From NCBI GenBank assembly GCA_034423235.1, contig DAOUIX010000058.1:10484-74483 (forward strand): a stretch of DNA of 64,000 nt, in the 5' to 3' direction. The position numbers and the translations under genes were made by a program. How positions within the stretch are numbered: position 1 is the stretch's first letter; each line of letters starts with the position of its first letter. Positions 47,681-57,153 of this stretch are shown piece by piece. Source of the DNA: Chloroflexota bacterium (lineage in GTDB: Bacteria; Chloroflexota; UBA11872). The notes beneath the pieces are model-generated. The model saw only the letters and a program-made list of their open reading frames with translations. It was not told the origin of the DNA and made no database searches.

Positions 47681-49064
47681 GGTGCGCTCCCGACTCAACC
47701 GCGTCAGCGGCCTCGGTATGACGCCGGACAAAGGTCTTGGCAAGAATCTGGGCGCCCTCCACGTCGTTCGGTTCGAGTTCCCCGTCCAGCACCAAGTCCA
47801 GCAGGTATTGCTTGATTGGCTTGATCCAGACGCCTGGCGGGCGGTCGAACAGTTCCATGAGCGCGTGCCCGTCCAGCGGCGAGTCCAGCGCCGCCACATC
47901 GCGCTCGGCCTGCAAGTGCTCGCAGCGCGCCTGCAGTTCGGCTACCCGTGCCAGCCCTGCTTCAATGCGCCGCGGCCGATAGCTGGTGATGTCGGCGCGC
48001 GACAGCGCGATCAACGCCTCCAGGTCCTCACCGGCCTCCAGAATGAACCGGCGCACGGCCCCATCCGTCCACCCAGGCTCGTAGGCATTTGCGCGCATGT
48101 GCAGCCGGACGATGTGTGTCACGCGGTCGGTGAGCCGTCCGTCGAACTTGAGCCGTCGCATGATCCGCCGTGCCATGCGCGCACCTACCTCCTCATGTCC
48201 AAAGAAGCGTATGCGCCGGTTGCGAATGGACTTCGTTCGCGGCTTGCCCACATCGTGCAGCAGCGCGGCCCAGCGGATTTCGGGCTCCGGCCGCGTCGTG
48301 GAAAGCACACGCATGGTGTGGGCAAAGACATCCTTGTGCTGCCGCCGCTCTTCCTGCTCCGTCTGCTGCAAGGGAATCAGCTCCGGCATCACCAAGCTCA
48401 GGATCCCAGTCTCCAGTAGCGTGACTAAAGCTCGGCCTGGTTCCGGTGATAGCAGCGTCAGGTTGAGTTCGGCGCCGATGCGCTCCGCGCTGACGTGACC
48501 AAGCTCGCCCGCGGTGCGACGCGCGGCGGCCAAGGTGCCAGCGTCGATGTCGAACCCGAGCTGTGCGGCAAAGCGCACGCAGCGCAGAACTCGCAACGGG
48601 TCTTCTGTGAACCGGTCGTCGGCAACTCCCACCGCACGAATACGCCCGGCAACCAGGTCGGCCAGCCCGCCGTGGGGATCGATGATGCGCCCGCTCAGGA
48701 CGTCCTGCGCCATGGCGTTGATTGTGAAGTCACGCCTGCTGAGATCCGCCTCCAGCGAGTCGCCAAACTCAACGTCCGGCTTGCGCGAGCCCGGGCGGTA
48801 GGACTCGGCGCGGAACGTGGTGATCTCCACCGGGCCGCTGTCGAAGACCGCGCCAATCGTCCCGAATCGCTCGCCGACCGTGTAGATGTTCGTGGCGCCC
48901 GCCCGACGTGCCAGCACCTTTACCCGGTCGGGACGGGCGCCGGTCGTGAAGTCCAGGTCGCTCGAGGGTCGTCCCAGGATGCGGTCGCGAACCGGTCCGC
49001 CGACGAGAAAGAGGTCGAAGCCGGCCTGTCGAAAGATGCGCGCGAGGCGCCCGGTGGGGTTCAT
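47667..49064 (-). CDS. cca: CCA tRNA nucleotidyltransferase / poly(A) polymerase family with HD domain
   Basis: 465 aa. LFLVGGPVRDRILGRPSSDLDFTT (Pol-beta NT motif) and a C-terminal HD domain (LHDVGKP). Confidence 0.85.
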   Translation of the reverse strand: MNPTGRLARIFRQAGFDLFLVGGPVRDRILGRPSSDLDFTTGARPDRVKVLARRAGATNIYTVGERFGTIGAVFDSGPVEITTFRAESYRPGSRKPDVEFGDSLEADLSRRDFTINAMAQDVLSGRIIDPHGGLADLVAGRIRAVGVADDRFTEDPLRVLRCVRFAAQLGFDIDAGTLAAARRTAGELGHVSAERIGAELNLTLLSPEPGRALVTLLETGILSLVMPELIPLQQTEQEERRQHKDVFAHTMRVLSTTRPEPEIRWAALLHDVGKPRTKSIRNRRIRFFGHEEVGARMARRIMRRLKFDGRLTDRVTHIVRLHMRANAYEPGWTDGAVRRFILEAGEDLEALIALSRADITSYRPRRIEAGLARVAELQARCEHLQAERDVAALDSPLDGHALMELFDRPPGVWIKPIKQYLLDLVLDGELEPNDVEGAQILAKTFVRRHTEAADAVESGAHHVHR

Positions 49065-49085
49065 CGAATTGAGCTGTCGCCAGGT

Positions 49086-51728
49086 CTAAGCGGTGCGCGA
49101 AACTGGCCACTTCAGGCGCCGCAGCGCGCCTGGCGCCGCACGGAGCGATCTTACACGCTGGTCCATACGATCCCGTATCTCTCCTGGACGACCGGTCAAG
49201 CGCCGCACGCCAACATCGGCAACGAAGGCCAGCAGGGCAATCGTCAGAAGCTGAGCCCAGCCAAGTTGCGCGGCGCCGTCACCACGCAGTGCCAGCGAGG
49301 CCAGGTCGCCGCTCGACTCAATCGTCACGCCGCCGGTTAGGTCGGCGACGCGCCGCAGCGCGCGGTGATCCGGTGCGATGTGCCCGATTTCTCCGGCTGG
49401 CGCAATCACCAGCCCCGAGTTCGCCTCGCCGACGAAACCCGTGTCGTCGCGCTGGGTCACCTGAATCTCATACACCCCCGGGGACAGACCCTCCAAACGG
49501 CCCTGATAGCGACCGGGACCCACCTGTTCCGCTTGCAGCGTCCGCCGAGCTCCGTCCGGTCCAACCACGGTCAGGTTGGTCGCCAGTCCATTCAGAAAGC
49601 GACCCGCCGCGTCGATCGCGTCGACCTCGATCACCCCTATTCCGTCAACGTGTGCGGCCGAGGCTCGCAACCTGTCGCCCACGCCCCCGGGCAGCGGGCT
49701 GACCCACTGAACCGCCTGGCGCAGGAAGTGCGCAAAGCCGTCCCAGGCCAGCCATACCTCGGCCCAGTCGGCGCCGGCGTCGGACGTCCAGGCGATGGCG
49801 CGACCGCGCCCGTATTGCCATTGGGCCAGAATCGGATCGTTGTTGTCGGAACTCAGCACCACCTCGGCCGTGGGTTTGGCGCGGGTTCGCACGTAACCCC
49901 GCAGGTCTGGAAACTCCTGGCCCGACAGCCCTCCGGCGAAGATCGGACTCGGCGCATCCATCCGAGGCTGAAACTCGCGTTCGACCACGGCGAACTCGCC
50001 GGCCGTCAGGGTTTCCTCGGTCAGCACCCGCGGGATGGAGAGCGGATCGGGAACGTAGTAATAGCGGCCGTTGCCGATCCGGGCGATTCGCTCCAGCAAC
50101 TCCTGGTCCGATTGCTCGCCGACGGCAATCGACGACACCGTGATGTCCCGCCGGCGCAGCGAGCGCGTCAGTCCATCAAAGTCGCCGTAGTGGGCGCGGC
50201 CGTCGGTCAGCAGCACGACATGCTTGATCGAGGCGCTCACCTGGTCCAGGCGAGACCTCGCGAAGAACATCGCCCGTGCCAGGTCGGTGGATGTCCCCAT
50301 CTGAATCCCGCGGATACGGTTGATTGCCGCCCCCACATCCGCTGCCGATGTCAGTTCGCGTGGCGGCACCACCCACTGCGAATCGATGTCGAATGTCATC
50401 ACGCCCAGGATGTCGCCTTCTTCAAGCAAATCCACGGCGTCCACAGCCGCCTCGATCGCCATGTCGATCTTGGCGGCCCCTTCGCTCGCCCCCTCGGCCA
50501 TGCTGGACGAGCGGTCGATAACCAGCACCAGCGCCAGGCGGGGCTCGGGCGTCTCCTCGGTGGGGTCCGACCAGACCGGCAGCGCGTCGTCCATCGCCGT
50601 GCCCTGGTAGCCGCCGGCGGCAAAGCTGTTGGGGCCGCCCAGCGCAACCAGTCCGCGTCCTCCGGCCACATGTGCGCGCAGAGCCTCCAAATCGGCCGGC
50701 TCGAACGCTTCGGCCGGCACGTTCGAAACCACCACGGCATCGAACTGATCCAGATCGATGCCGGCCAGTGCGCCTGGAGCGACGTCCCTGACCTCGAACT
50801 CCGCCGCCCGCAGCGCTGCCCGAACCTGGGACGTGTCGCCGATGGTGAGCACCCGTCCCGGCTCGGCCACGCGCACGAACGTCTCGGCCACGTTGTTCGC
50901 TAGGCGCGGATCGGCGTCCTCCAGCAGCTCGGCCCGTAGGCGGTGAAACCCGGGGCCAAGTCCCGTCAACTCCACGCCGTAGGTGCGTGTACCCGTGGCA
51001 ACCGCAATCGGCCCGTCGCTGATCAGACGTTCGCCGTCCCAGAGCCGCAACCGAGCCGTCGTACGCCGCTGCGAGGCGATTCGGACGCGCGCCTGAAGGG
51101 CCGCGCCGCTGTGCGCCGTTTCGGGAACTTCGACGGCTCGCACCACCAGGTCGGCCCCGCGACTCGCGGCGGCGGGCGCCACCGAGATCGGCACACCGCG
51201 AGCGGCTGCCGTCTGGGTGGCCGACTCCAGACCCGGCCCGGCGCCCGCGCCGTCGGACAGCAGCACGAGTTGCCCGCCGGCCTCTGGATCGAGCAGACCC
51301 AGCGCCGCCAGGATTCCCGCCTCGTAGTTGCTGTCGTGGTCGGGCAGATCGGAACGCAGCGGTGGCGCCTCGTCCAGGCGCTGAGGCGCCGCCAGCACCG
51401 CCGCGCCGGCGCCGAATTGGACGACGCCCACTGGCGTGTCAGCCCCAAACGCGCTCACGTAGGCATCCATCACCGCGTGAGCGTTCGCGCGCTCGGCCAG
51501 GAGCACGCTATCCGACGTATCGACGACGAAGACGGTGGCTGGCCGGGTGTCCCGCCCGATCGCGAAACCGGCCAGGGCCAGCACGATTGCTGTAAGGCTG
51601 ACCAGGCGAAGCAGCGTGGCCAGCCATAGCCGAATCCGCGAGAGACGAGCGACGCTGGCGTAGGACAGCCAGATGGCGGCGGGCAGTGCCGCGAGCAGGA
51701 CGAGGAGCCAGGGTCGATCCAAGGCCAT
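49086..51728 (-). CDS. VWA-domain membrane protein (BatB-like) with large C-terminal extension
   Basis: 880 aa. N-terminal TMs, then VFVVDTSDSV... (VWA MIDAS DxSxS), a second VWA-like segment LVIDRSSSMAEGA, and a class I glutamine-amidotransferase-like fold region. Confidence 0.65.
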   Translation of the reverse strand: MALDRPWLLVLLAALPAAIWLSYASVARLSRIRLWLATLLRLVSLTAIVLALAGFAIGRDTRPATVFVVDTSDSVLLAERANAHAVMDAYVSAFGADTPVGVVQFGAGAAVLAAPQRLDEAPPLRSDLPDHDSNYEAGILAALGLLDPEAGGQLVLLSDGAGAGPGLESATQTAAARGVPISVAPAAASRGADLVVRAVEVPETAHSGAALQARVRIASQRRTTARLRLWDGERLISDGPIAVATGTRTYGVELTGLGPGFHRLRAELLEDADPRLANNVAETFVRVAEPGRVLTIGDTSQVRAALRAAEFEVRDVAPGALAGIDLDQFDAVVVSNVPAEAFEPADLEALRAHVAGGRGLVALGGPNSFAAGGYQGTAMDDALPVWSDPTEETPEPRLALVLVIDRSSSMAEGASEGAAKIDMAIEAAVDAVDLLEEGDILGVMTFDIDSQWVVPPRELTSAADVGAAINRIRGIQMGTSTDLARAMFFARSRLDQVSASIKHVVLLTDGRAHYGDFDGLTRSLRRRDITVSSIAVGEQSDQELLERIARIGNGRYYYVPDPLSIPRVLTEETLTAGEFAVVEREFQPRMDAPSPIFAGGLSGQEFPDLRGYVRTRAKPTAEVVLSSDNNDPILAQWQYGRGRAIAWTSDAGADWAEVWLAWDGFAHFLRQAVQWVSPLPGGVGDRLRASAAHVDGIGVIEVDAIDAAGRFLNGLATNLTVVGPDGARRTLQAEQVGPGRYQGRLEGLSPGVYEIQVTQRDDTGFVGEANSGLVIAPAGEIGHIAPDHRALRRVADLTGGVTIESSGDLASLALRGDGAAQLGWAQLLTIALLAFVADVGVRRLTGRPGEIRDRMDQRVRSLRAAPGALRRLKWPVSRTA

Positions 51729-51731
51729 CGG

Positions 51732-53570
51732 TTAGCGGACGCCCCGTACCCGGTGAAAGATCCACCACTCCACCACGAGCAGCGCCAGCGCCAGCACGGC
51801 GACCCAGGGCCATACCTCAGTCTGCTGCTGGATTCTGGGTGTCGACTCCGGCCTGGAATCCGATCCGACCGGAACGCCAACCCGCCCGGTGGGGGCGGCC
51901 ACGCCAGGGGCGAAGTCGATTGATGTCTGCGCGACTAACTCCTGGCCCACAAACTGGCGCACCGTGTAAGCCCCGGGCGCCTGAACGTCGAGAACCGCGG
52001 GCTGCGGCGTCGAGAACTCAGTGGTGTCGCCAGTTGGACTCGAAACGGTAATTCGATCTGCGCGCGGATGCGGGATCAGGCGCGCTGGTCGGCCGGGTTC
52101 CAACTCCACGCCTTCGGGTAGAGGAGCGAACGGATCCGCCCAGCGCACGACATTGGACCAGAACACCGGAAACCACGGGGCTTGACTGACCCTCGGACCG
52201 GCCACGTCGAATCCGACCACGGCAATGCGGCGACCGTCAATGACCCCGTGCGCCAGCAAGGCCCGGTCGCCGACGCTCAGGTCCACCAGCGCCCAGGGCG
52301 GCGGCGCATAGGTCACGTCAGCGCCTGAGAGCAGGTCGCCCACGTCCACCGAGCGCAAGAGTGGGCTGTCCGCCAGGGCCAGCGGACGCACGTCGCCCGT
52401 GATCGGCGCGTCGAGCTCCAAGGCCGGCATTGCGGGGGGCTGGACGAGGACGAACGAGGCGGGCGGCAGAGTCTCCGGCGCGAATCCCTGGAACACATAC
52501 AGGTCCGCGGCGCCGGCGTCTTGGTCGAATGCGTCGACGCTGATGGCCTGCGCCGTCACGGCGGGCGCCGCCTGCAATGCCCGAACAATCGGCCACGGCT
52601 CGTTGCCCACAACCATGACCGACAGCCCGGACGGTTCGGCCAGTGATGCAAACGCCAGGTTGTCGGTCGACAGACCATCACCAGGCGCGCGAACCTCGGC
52701 TTGGTATCCCGGCGCTACCGGCAGGTCGTCAAATACGAGAATCTGACGATCGCCGGCGGGCAGGTCGAGTGATCGGCTCAGCGTCGTCCCGCGGCCGGCC
52801 GTCACGGCAATCGCCGCCGTCGCGGCCGTGGAACCGTCGTTGCGGGCGGCGACAACTCCCTGCACCACGTCCGGCGTGTCCAGCCGGCGCCGAACCTGAA
52901 ACGACACCAGCGCGACATTCGGCGCCGGTTCACCAACAACCACCGTGCGCACGCCGGCAAATGCCGGCTGCGAACCGCCAGTCGACGCCTTGTCGGTAAA
53001 GAGCGCCACGATGCCGCCCGCCGCCGGATCGGCCAGCGAGCGCGCCATGTCCAGCGCCGCGTCGATACGGCCGTGTGAGGCTTCGGGCTCGATCCCACCG
53101 AGCGAGCGCGAGACTGCGGCGCGATCGGTGGTCTGCGCGACCAGTGTTCGCGGCACCGCGCCCGCGGTGATCACCGATATCCGCCGGTCATCGCCGACCG
53201 CATGCACAAGCGCCGCGGCCTCGTCGCGGGCGAGCTGAATACGAGGGACCCCGTCGCGATCGGCTATGGCCATCGAGGCTGAAACGTCAACGACCAACGC
53301 CACCGGCGAGCCAAGCTCGACCATCGCCAGGCGCTCCGGCCGCGCCAGCGCCAGCGCAAACACGACCACAGCCAGCAACTGGAGCAACAGCAGGGCGTGC
53401 CGTCGCAGCCAGGCCAGCCAGGTGTCCTCGGCCCGCGCGTGAATCGTCCGTCGCCAGATCAGCAAGGAAGCCACGACGACACGTTGCCGGCGAGGGCGAA
53501 GCAAAAAGAACGCCAGCACTGCCACCGTCAGGCCTGCCCACGCGAAGGCGAGCGGCGCTGCCCAGCTCAC
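51732..53570 (-). CDS. VWA-domain membrane protein (BatA-like)
   Basis: 612 aa. ALVVDVSASMAIADRDGVPRIQLARDEAAALV is a VWA MIDAS motif following two TMs. Confidence 0.7.
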   Translation of the reverse strand: MSWAAPLAFAWAGLTVAVLAFFLLRPRRQRVVVASLLIWRRTIHARAEDTWLAWLRRHALLLLQLLAVVVFALALARPERLAMVELGSPVALVVDVSASMAIADRDGVPRIQLARDEAAALVHAVGDDRRISVITAGAVPRTLVAQTTDRAAVSRSLGGIEPEASHGRIDAALDMARSLADPAAGGIVALFTDKASTGGSQPAFAGVRTVVVGEPAPNVALVSFQVRRRLDTPDVVQGVVAARNDGSTAATAAIAVTAGRGTTLSRSLDLPAGDRQILVFDDLPVAPGYQAEVRAPGDGLSTDNLAFASLAEPSGLSVMVVGNEPWPIVRALQAAPAVTAQAISVDAFDQDAGAADLYVFQGFAPETLPPASFVLVQPPAMPALELDAPITGDVRPLALADSPLLRSVDVGDLLSGADVTYAPPPWALVDLSVGDRALLAHGVIDGRRIAVVGFDVAGPRVSQAPWFPVFWSNVVRWADPFAPLPEGVELEPGRPARLIPHPRADRITVSSPTGDTTEFSTPQPAVLDVQAPGAYTVRQFVGQELVAQTSIDFAPGVAAPTGRVGVPVGSDSRPESTPRIQQQTEVWPWVAVLALALLVVEWWIFHRVRGVR

Positions 53571-54472
53571 GCCAGCGTTCCGTGCTCGCGCAGGCGCCGC
53601 AGCACGATGTCCTCCACCGCCCAGTTCGACCGGATCGGCACATAACGCACGTGCCGCCGGTGACAGAATCGTTGCAAGTCACGTGTCCAGTCGCCAATCG
53701 CCTGTCGGTAGGCGCGCAGCAGGTCCACGTCCCCAAGAACCTCCAGTGAGCTGCCGCCTTCGGCGTCAATCAGCTCGACTTCGTCGGCGAACGCCGGGTT
53801 GGCGAATTCGTCGTCGAGCACGTGGAGCACCGTCAACTCATGCCCGCGTTGGGCCAGGGCGCCGATGGCGCGCGGTGCGTCCTCGGCGAGCAAGTCCGAG
53901 ACGAGGACGGACACGCCGTGCGGGAGCGCGCGGGCGTTGTAGGCGGCAACGGCGCGTGACAGCCCGGTTGCCCCGGCCGGCTGCTGGCGCTGCAGGAATT
54001 CCAGGAAGCGACCGAAGTAGCCCTCGCCCTGCCGCGGCGCAAAGGCTTCACCGAGGCCGGCGCCCAGCGCGGCCCCGGCAACCACGTCGCGGCTGGCAAG
54101 CGCCGTCCAGCCGATCGCGGCCTGCACGGCGCGAGCCGTCTCGAACTTCGCGGGCGCGCCGGACGCCATCGAGCCGCTGACATCCAGCAGCAAATGCACG
54201 ACCAGCGTTTCCTCGGATTCGCGGACCTTTACGAACAGCTCGTCGGTCCGCGCGTAGATGTTCCAATCGATCTGCCGATAGTCGTCGCCCGGGCTGTAGG
54301 ACCGGTGGTCGGCGAATTCAAGCGACGATCCGGTCGCCCGGCTGCGCCGGCCGCCGGTGTGCAGATGTCCGTGCGGGCGCTGGGAAACCAGCGAGAGGTT
54401 GGCCAGCTTGGCGCGGAAAGCGGCGTCCGGCGCGAAGGCCGGCAAGACAGGCCGAGCGGTTCGGTCAATCAC
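53567..54472 (-). CDS. DUF58-family protein (VWA-like; MoxR partner)
   Basis: GTG start at c(54470-54472), 8 nt overlap with the moxR stop. GSSLEFADHRSYSPGDDYRQIDWNIYARTDELFVKVRESEE...LLLDVSGSM is the DUF58 signature. The 170-aa N-extension in the ORF track (antisense to moxR) is rejected. Confidence 0.8.
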   Translation of the reverse strand: MIDRTARPVLPAFAPDAAFRAKLANLSLVSQRPHGHLHTGGRRSRATGSSLEFADHRSYSPGDDYRQIDWNIYARTDELFVKVRESEETLVVHLLLDVSGSMASGAPAKFETARAVQAAIGWTALASRDVVAGAALGAGLGEAFAPRQGEGYFGRFLEFLQRQQPAGATGLSRAVAAYNARALPHGVSVLVSDLLAEDAPRAIGALAQRGHELTVLHVLDDEFANPAFADEVELIDAEGGSSLEVLGDVDLLRAYRQAIGDWTRDLQRFCHRRHVRYVPIRSNWAVEDIVLRRLREHGTLA

Positions 54473-55478
54473 CTGCCCGTCGGGTCGACATGAGAATGGC
54501 GTCCAGGATCTGTTCGGCCGCCACACCGTCGGCCTCGGCCTCGAAATTGAGCAGCAGTCGGTGGCGCATCGAGGGTCGGGCCGCGGCTCGGATGTCGTCG
54601 AAGCCCACGTTGTAGCGCCCGTCCAGCATGGCGTACACCTTGGCGGCCAGCACCATTGACTGGGCCGCCCGTGGCGAACAGCCATAGCGCACGTACTGGC
54701 GGGTGAGTTCGTGCGCGACCGGATCCTGCGGATGCGTGGCTTTGACGAGATCCACCACGTAGCTCCCGACGTGTGGAGCGATGGCCACGCGCCGGGCAAA
54801 GGCGCCCATCGCCAGCAGGTCGTCGCCAGTCGCCACGCGTGCCACCTCGGGTTGGGCCGCCCCCGTCGTCCGATCCAGGATTTCGCTGAGCTCTTCCGAC
54901 GTGGGGTAATCCACGACCAGCTTGAACATGAAGCGGTCGACCTGAGCCTCTGGCAGCGGATAGGTGCCTTCCATCTCAATCGGGTTCTGCGTGGCCATCA
55001 CAAAGAACGGCGGGTCAAGCACGTGCACGTCGCGGGCTACGGTGACCTGGCGCTCCTGCATCGCTTCCAGTAGCGCCGCCTGAGTCTTTGGCGTGGCTCG
55101 GTTGATCTCATCGGCCAGGACCAGGTTGGCAAACACCGGACCCGGCTCGAACCGAAACGTCCGCTGCCCGTCCGTCCCGTCCATCACCACGTTCGTTCCC
55201 GTGATGTCGGCCGGCATCAGGTCGGGCGTGAATTGAATTCGACTGAAGCGCAGATCGATGGCCCGGCCGAGCGTGCGCACCAATTCGGTCTTGCCCAGCC
55301 CCGGCACACCCTCGATCAGCACGTTGCCGCCGGCGATCAGGCAGACCACCGTGTCTCGCACGATTTCGCGCTGCCCGACGATGAACTTGCCCACCTCGCT
55401 GACCACGGCGGAGGCCCGGTCGCGAAAGTCCTGGGCCTGTCGCTCGGTGGTTTCCGACCCGTCCACGGCGAGCGTCAT
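54465..55478 (-). CDS. MoxR-family AAA+ ATPase
   Basis: 337 aa. VLIEGVPGLGKTELVRTLGRAIDLRFSRIQFTPDLMPADITG is the MoxR signature. Confidence 0.9.
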   Translation of the reverse strand: MTLAVDGSETTERQAQDFRDRASAVVSEVGKFIVGQREIVRDTVVCLIAGGNVLIEGVPGLGKTELVRTLGRAIDLRFSRIQFTPDLMPADITGTNVVMDGTDGQRTFRFEPGPVFANLVLADEINRATPKTQAALLEAMQERQVTVARDVHVLDPPFFVMATQNPIEMEGTYPLPEAQVDRFMFKLVVDYPTSEELSEILDRTTGAAQPEVARVATGDDLLAMGAFARRVAIAPHVGSYVVDLVKATHPQDPVAHELTRQYVRYGCSPRAAQSMVLAAKVYAMLDGRYNVGFDDIRAAARPSMRHRLLLNFEAEADGVAAEQILDAILMSTRRAGD

Positions 55479-56992
55479 GGCGCGGAGAAGTAACGATCCA
55501 TCATTGGCAGCATATCCAGTGGAACATTGCGGGCAACGTCCGGCCGCCCCACCGCGAACCCGCGGTCGCCGGCCGACGCCACGAATCCAGCAGATCCGCT
55601 GGGTCCAAGTTCGAGTATCGGCCGCTCGACCAATTCGGCGCCCTCTTCGGTCGGCTTGACTTCGACGATCTCGAGTTCGCCTTCGACATTAAGTCGCTGC
55701 TCGGGGGCCAGGGTCTCCAGCGTGCCCTCCAGCGCGCGTCCACTGGCCGCCGAGTCGCCGCCGCCAGTCATGGCAGCGCCCCCCTCGGGACCGGCGCCGG
55801 CCTGACCCGCGGCCTCTCCTGTTCCTGCGGCCGCGTCGCCAGGCGAGTCCCCGTCCGCGCCGGGCATGGCGCCCTGGGCCGCACCCTCGGCCTCGGCAAG
55901 CTGGCGGGCGAGTTGATCGAGTTGTGCTTCAAGCCCGCGGTCGGCCTGGACCGTTGTGCCCACCGTCCCGATTTCCTCGGCCAGGCTCTCCAAAGCGCTG
56001 CGGGCATCGGCCAACTGCCCCCGCTCCAACGCCTCGGCGGCTTCCCTGAGCTGATCGGAAAGACCTGGGTCGAAGCCCGCGGCGCGCTCGGATGCCTGGC
56101 GCAGTCCTTGCGCCAGGTCGTCCATTCGCGTGCTGTTCATCTCCGCAAGCTGTCCCGCCAGTTCACGCGCTTCGGCTGCGGCGGCCTGAAAGTCGCCGCT
56201 ATCCAGGGCGCGTCCGAGGCGGCGGGCTTCTGACGTCCGCCGCAGCGCCTCGCCGGCGGCCTCGGCGGCCAACGCGGCGGTCGCGGCGTCGGGATCGCGC
56301 TGGCGTTCAAGTTCGGCCATGGCGGCTCGAATCTGGTCGATCTGCGCCAGCACCTCGGGATCAACCAGCGCGGGCGCCGGGCCATCGACGGCGGTGCCCA
56401 GGCTCTCAGCCAGCTCTGACGTTGGCTGACCGCCTCCAACCCGGGGCAGCACGTCGGCGGTCGCTGCCAAGAGGCCTGCAAGCAGGGCCGCCGCGGCAAG
56501 CGCCAGGATGCCCAGGTCGCTGCGGGGCACTCGATACGGAAACGCCAGGGTCGCATTGATCCCGTCCAGGGCCCGCAGGGCGTCGCTCCGCTGCAGGTCG
56601 CGCACGTGCCCGTCCGCCCGAGATCCAGCAATTGCCGTGGACAAGCGCTCGAACAGTGCCAGCCGCCGGTCGTAGGCCAGGGCCGCGGCCAGCGGAGGCG
56701 GCGCAACCAACGCCCGCGCGGCGAGAACGAATGCCGGACCCGCCGCCACAACCAGCGCGATCGCGGCCATCGGACGGGAAGCCCCCAGCGCCGCGCCAAC
56801 AAGCACCAGGAACAGCGCAGTGCCAAAGCCGGTCGTCAGCACGCGAGGTGCGCCCTGCAGTGTCCGGTGGCGCTGCCAACGCCGGGCCAGGGGAATCAGT
56901 CGCTGCTCGAGGGCATCCGCCCCGTACGACGCCCAGCGGAACGCCGGCCAAACAGCGCCGTGAATGGGGAGTGTCGGACGTGCAACGCGCAT
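55475..56992 (-). CDS. hypothetical membrane protein with long Ala/Glu/Leu-rich coiled-coil (first gene of the MoxR/VWA operon)
   Basis: 505 aa. Two to three TM helices in the first 200 aa, then a ~250 aa low-complexity A/E/L/Q-rich coiled-coil. 4-nt overlap with moxR. Confidence 0.5.
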   Translation of the reverse strand: MRVARPTLPIHGAVWPAFRWASYGADALEQRLIPLARRWQRHRTLQGAPRVLTTGFGTALFLVLVGAALGASRPMAAIALVVAAGPAFVLAARALVAPPPLAAALAYDRRLALFERLSTAIAGSRADGHVRDLQRSDALRALDGINATLAFPYRVPRSDLGILALAAAALLAGLLAATADVLPRVGGGQPTSELAESLGTAVDGPAPALVDPEVLAQIDQIRAAMAELERQRDPDAATAALAAEAAGEALRRTSEARRLGRALDSGDFQAAAAEARELAGQLAEMNSTRMDDLAQGLRQASERAAGFDPGLSDQLREAAEALERGQLADARSALESLAEEIGTVGTTVQADRGLEAQLDQLARQLAEAEGAAQGAMPGADGDSPGDAAAGTGEAAGQAGAGPEGGAAMTGGGDSAASGRALEGTLETLAPEQRLNVEGELEIVEVKPTEEGAELVERPILELGPSGSAGFVASAGDRGFAVGRPDVARNVPLDMLPMMDRYFSAP

Positions 56993-57153
56993 GGTGAAAG
57001 TTCTGCGGCCCTAAACGGCGCCCATACGCTTCTGAAAAACCGCCGACCAACTCCGGGCAATCCCCTTCCCAGGGGACGGTAACGAGACCATATCCTGCTG
57101 CGAACCTGCAACGCACCCGCCAGGCCCGGCAGCTTGCACCGTCTCTCGCCCGT

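Noticed and set aside
47426-47899. Full 157-aa minus-strand ORF (MWRRWTRRWTG...) overlapping cca
   Set aside because: Its first 73 codons are Trp/Arg-rich junk antisense-frame to cca. Only the distal 84 codons, starting within the cca stop region, are retained as a low-confidence candidate.
49365-50903. 512-aa plus-strand ORF antisense to the 880-aa VWA gene
   Set aside because: Same high-GC antisense artefact: no domain resemblance, and it overlaps a well-supported VWA/MIDAS-containing gene.
54473-54979. 170-aa N-terminal extension of the DUF58 ORF overlapping moxR
   Set aside because: It would overlap moxR by >500 nt on the same strand in another frame. The DUF58 signature begins right after a GTG located 8 nt from the moxR stop.
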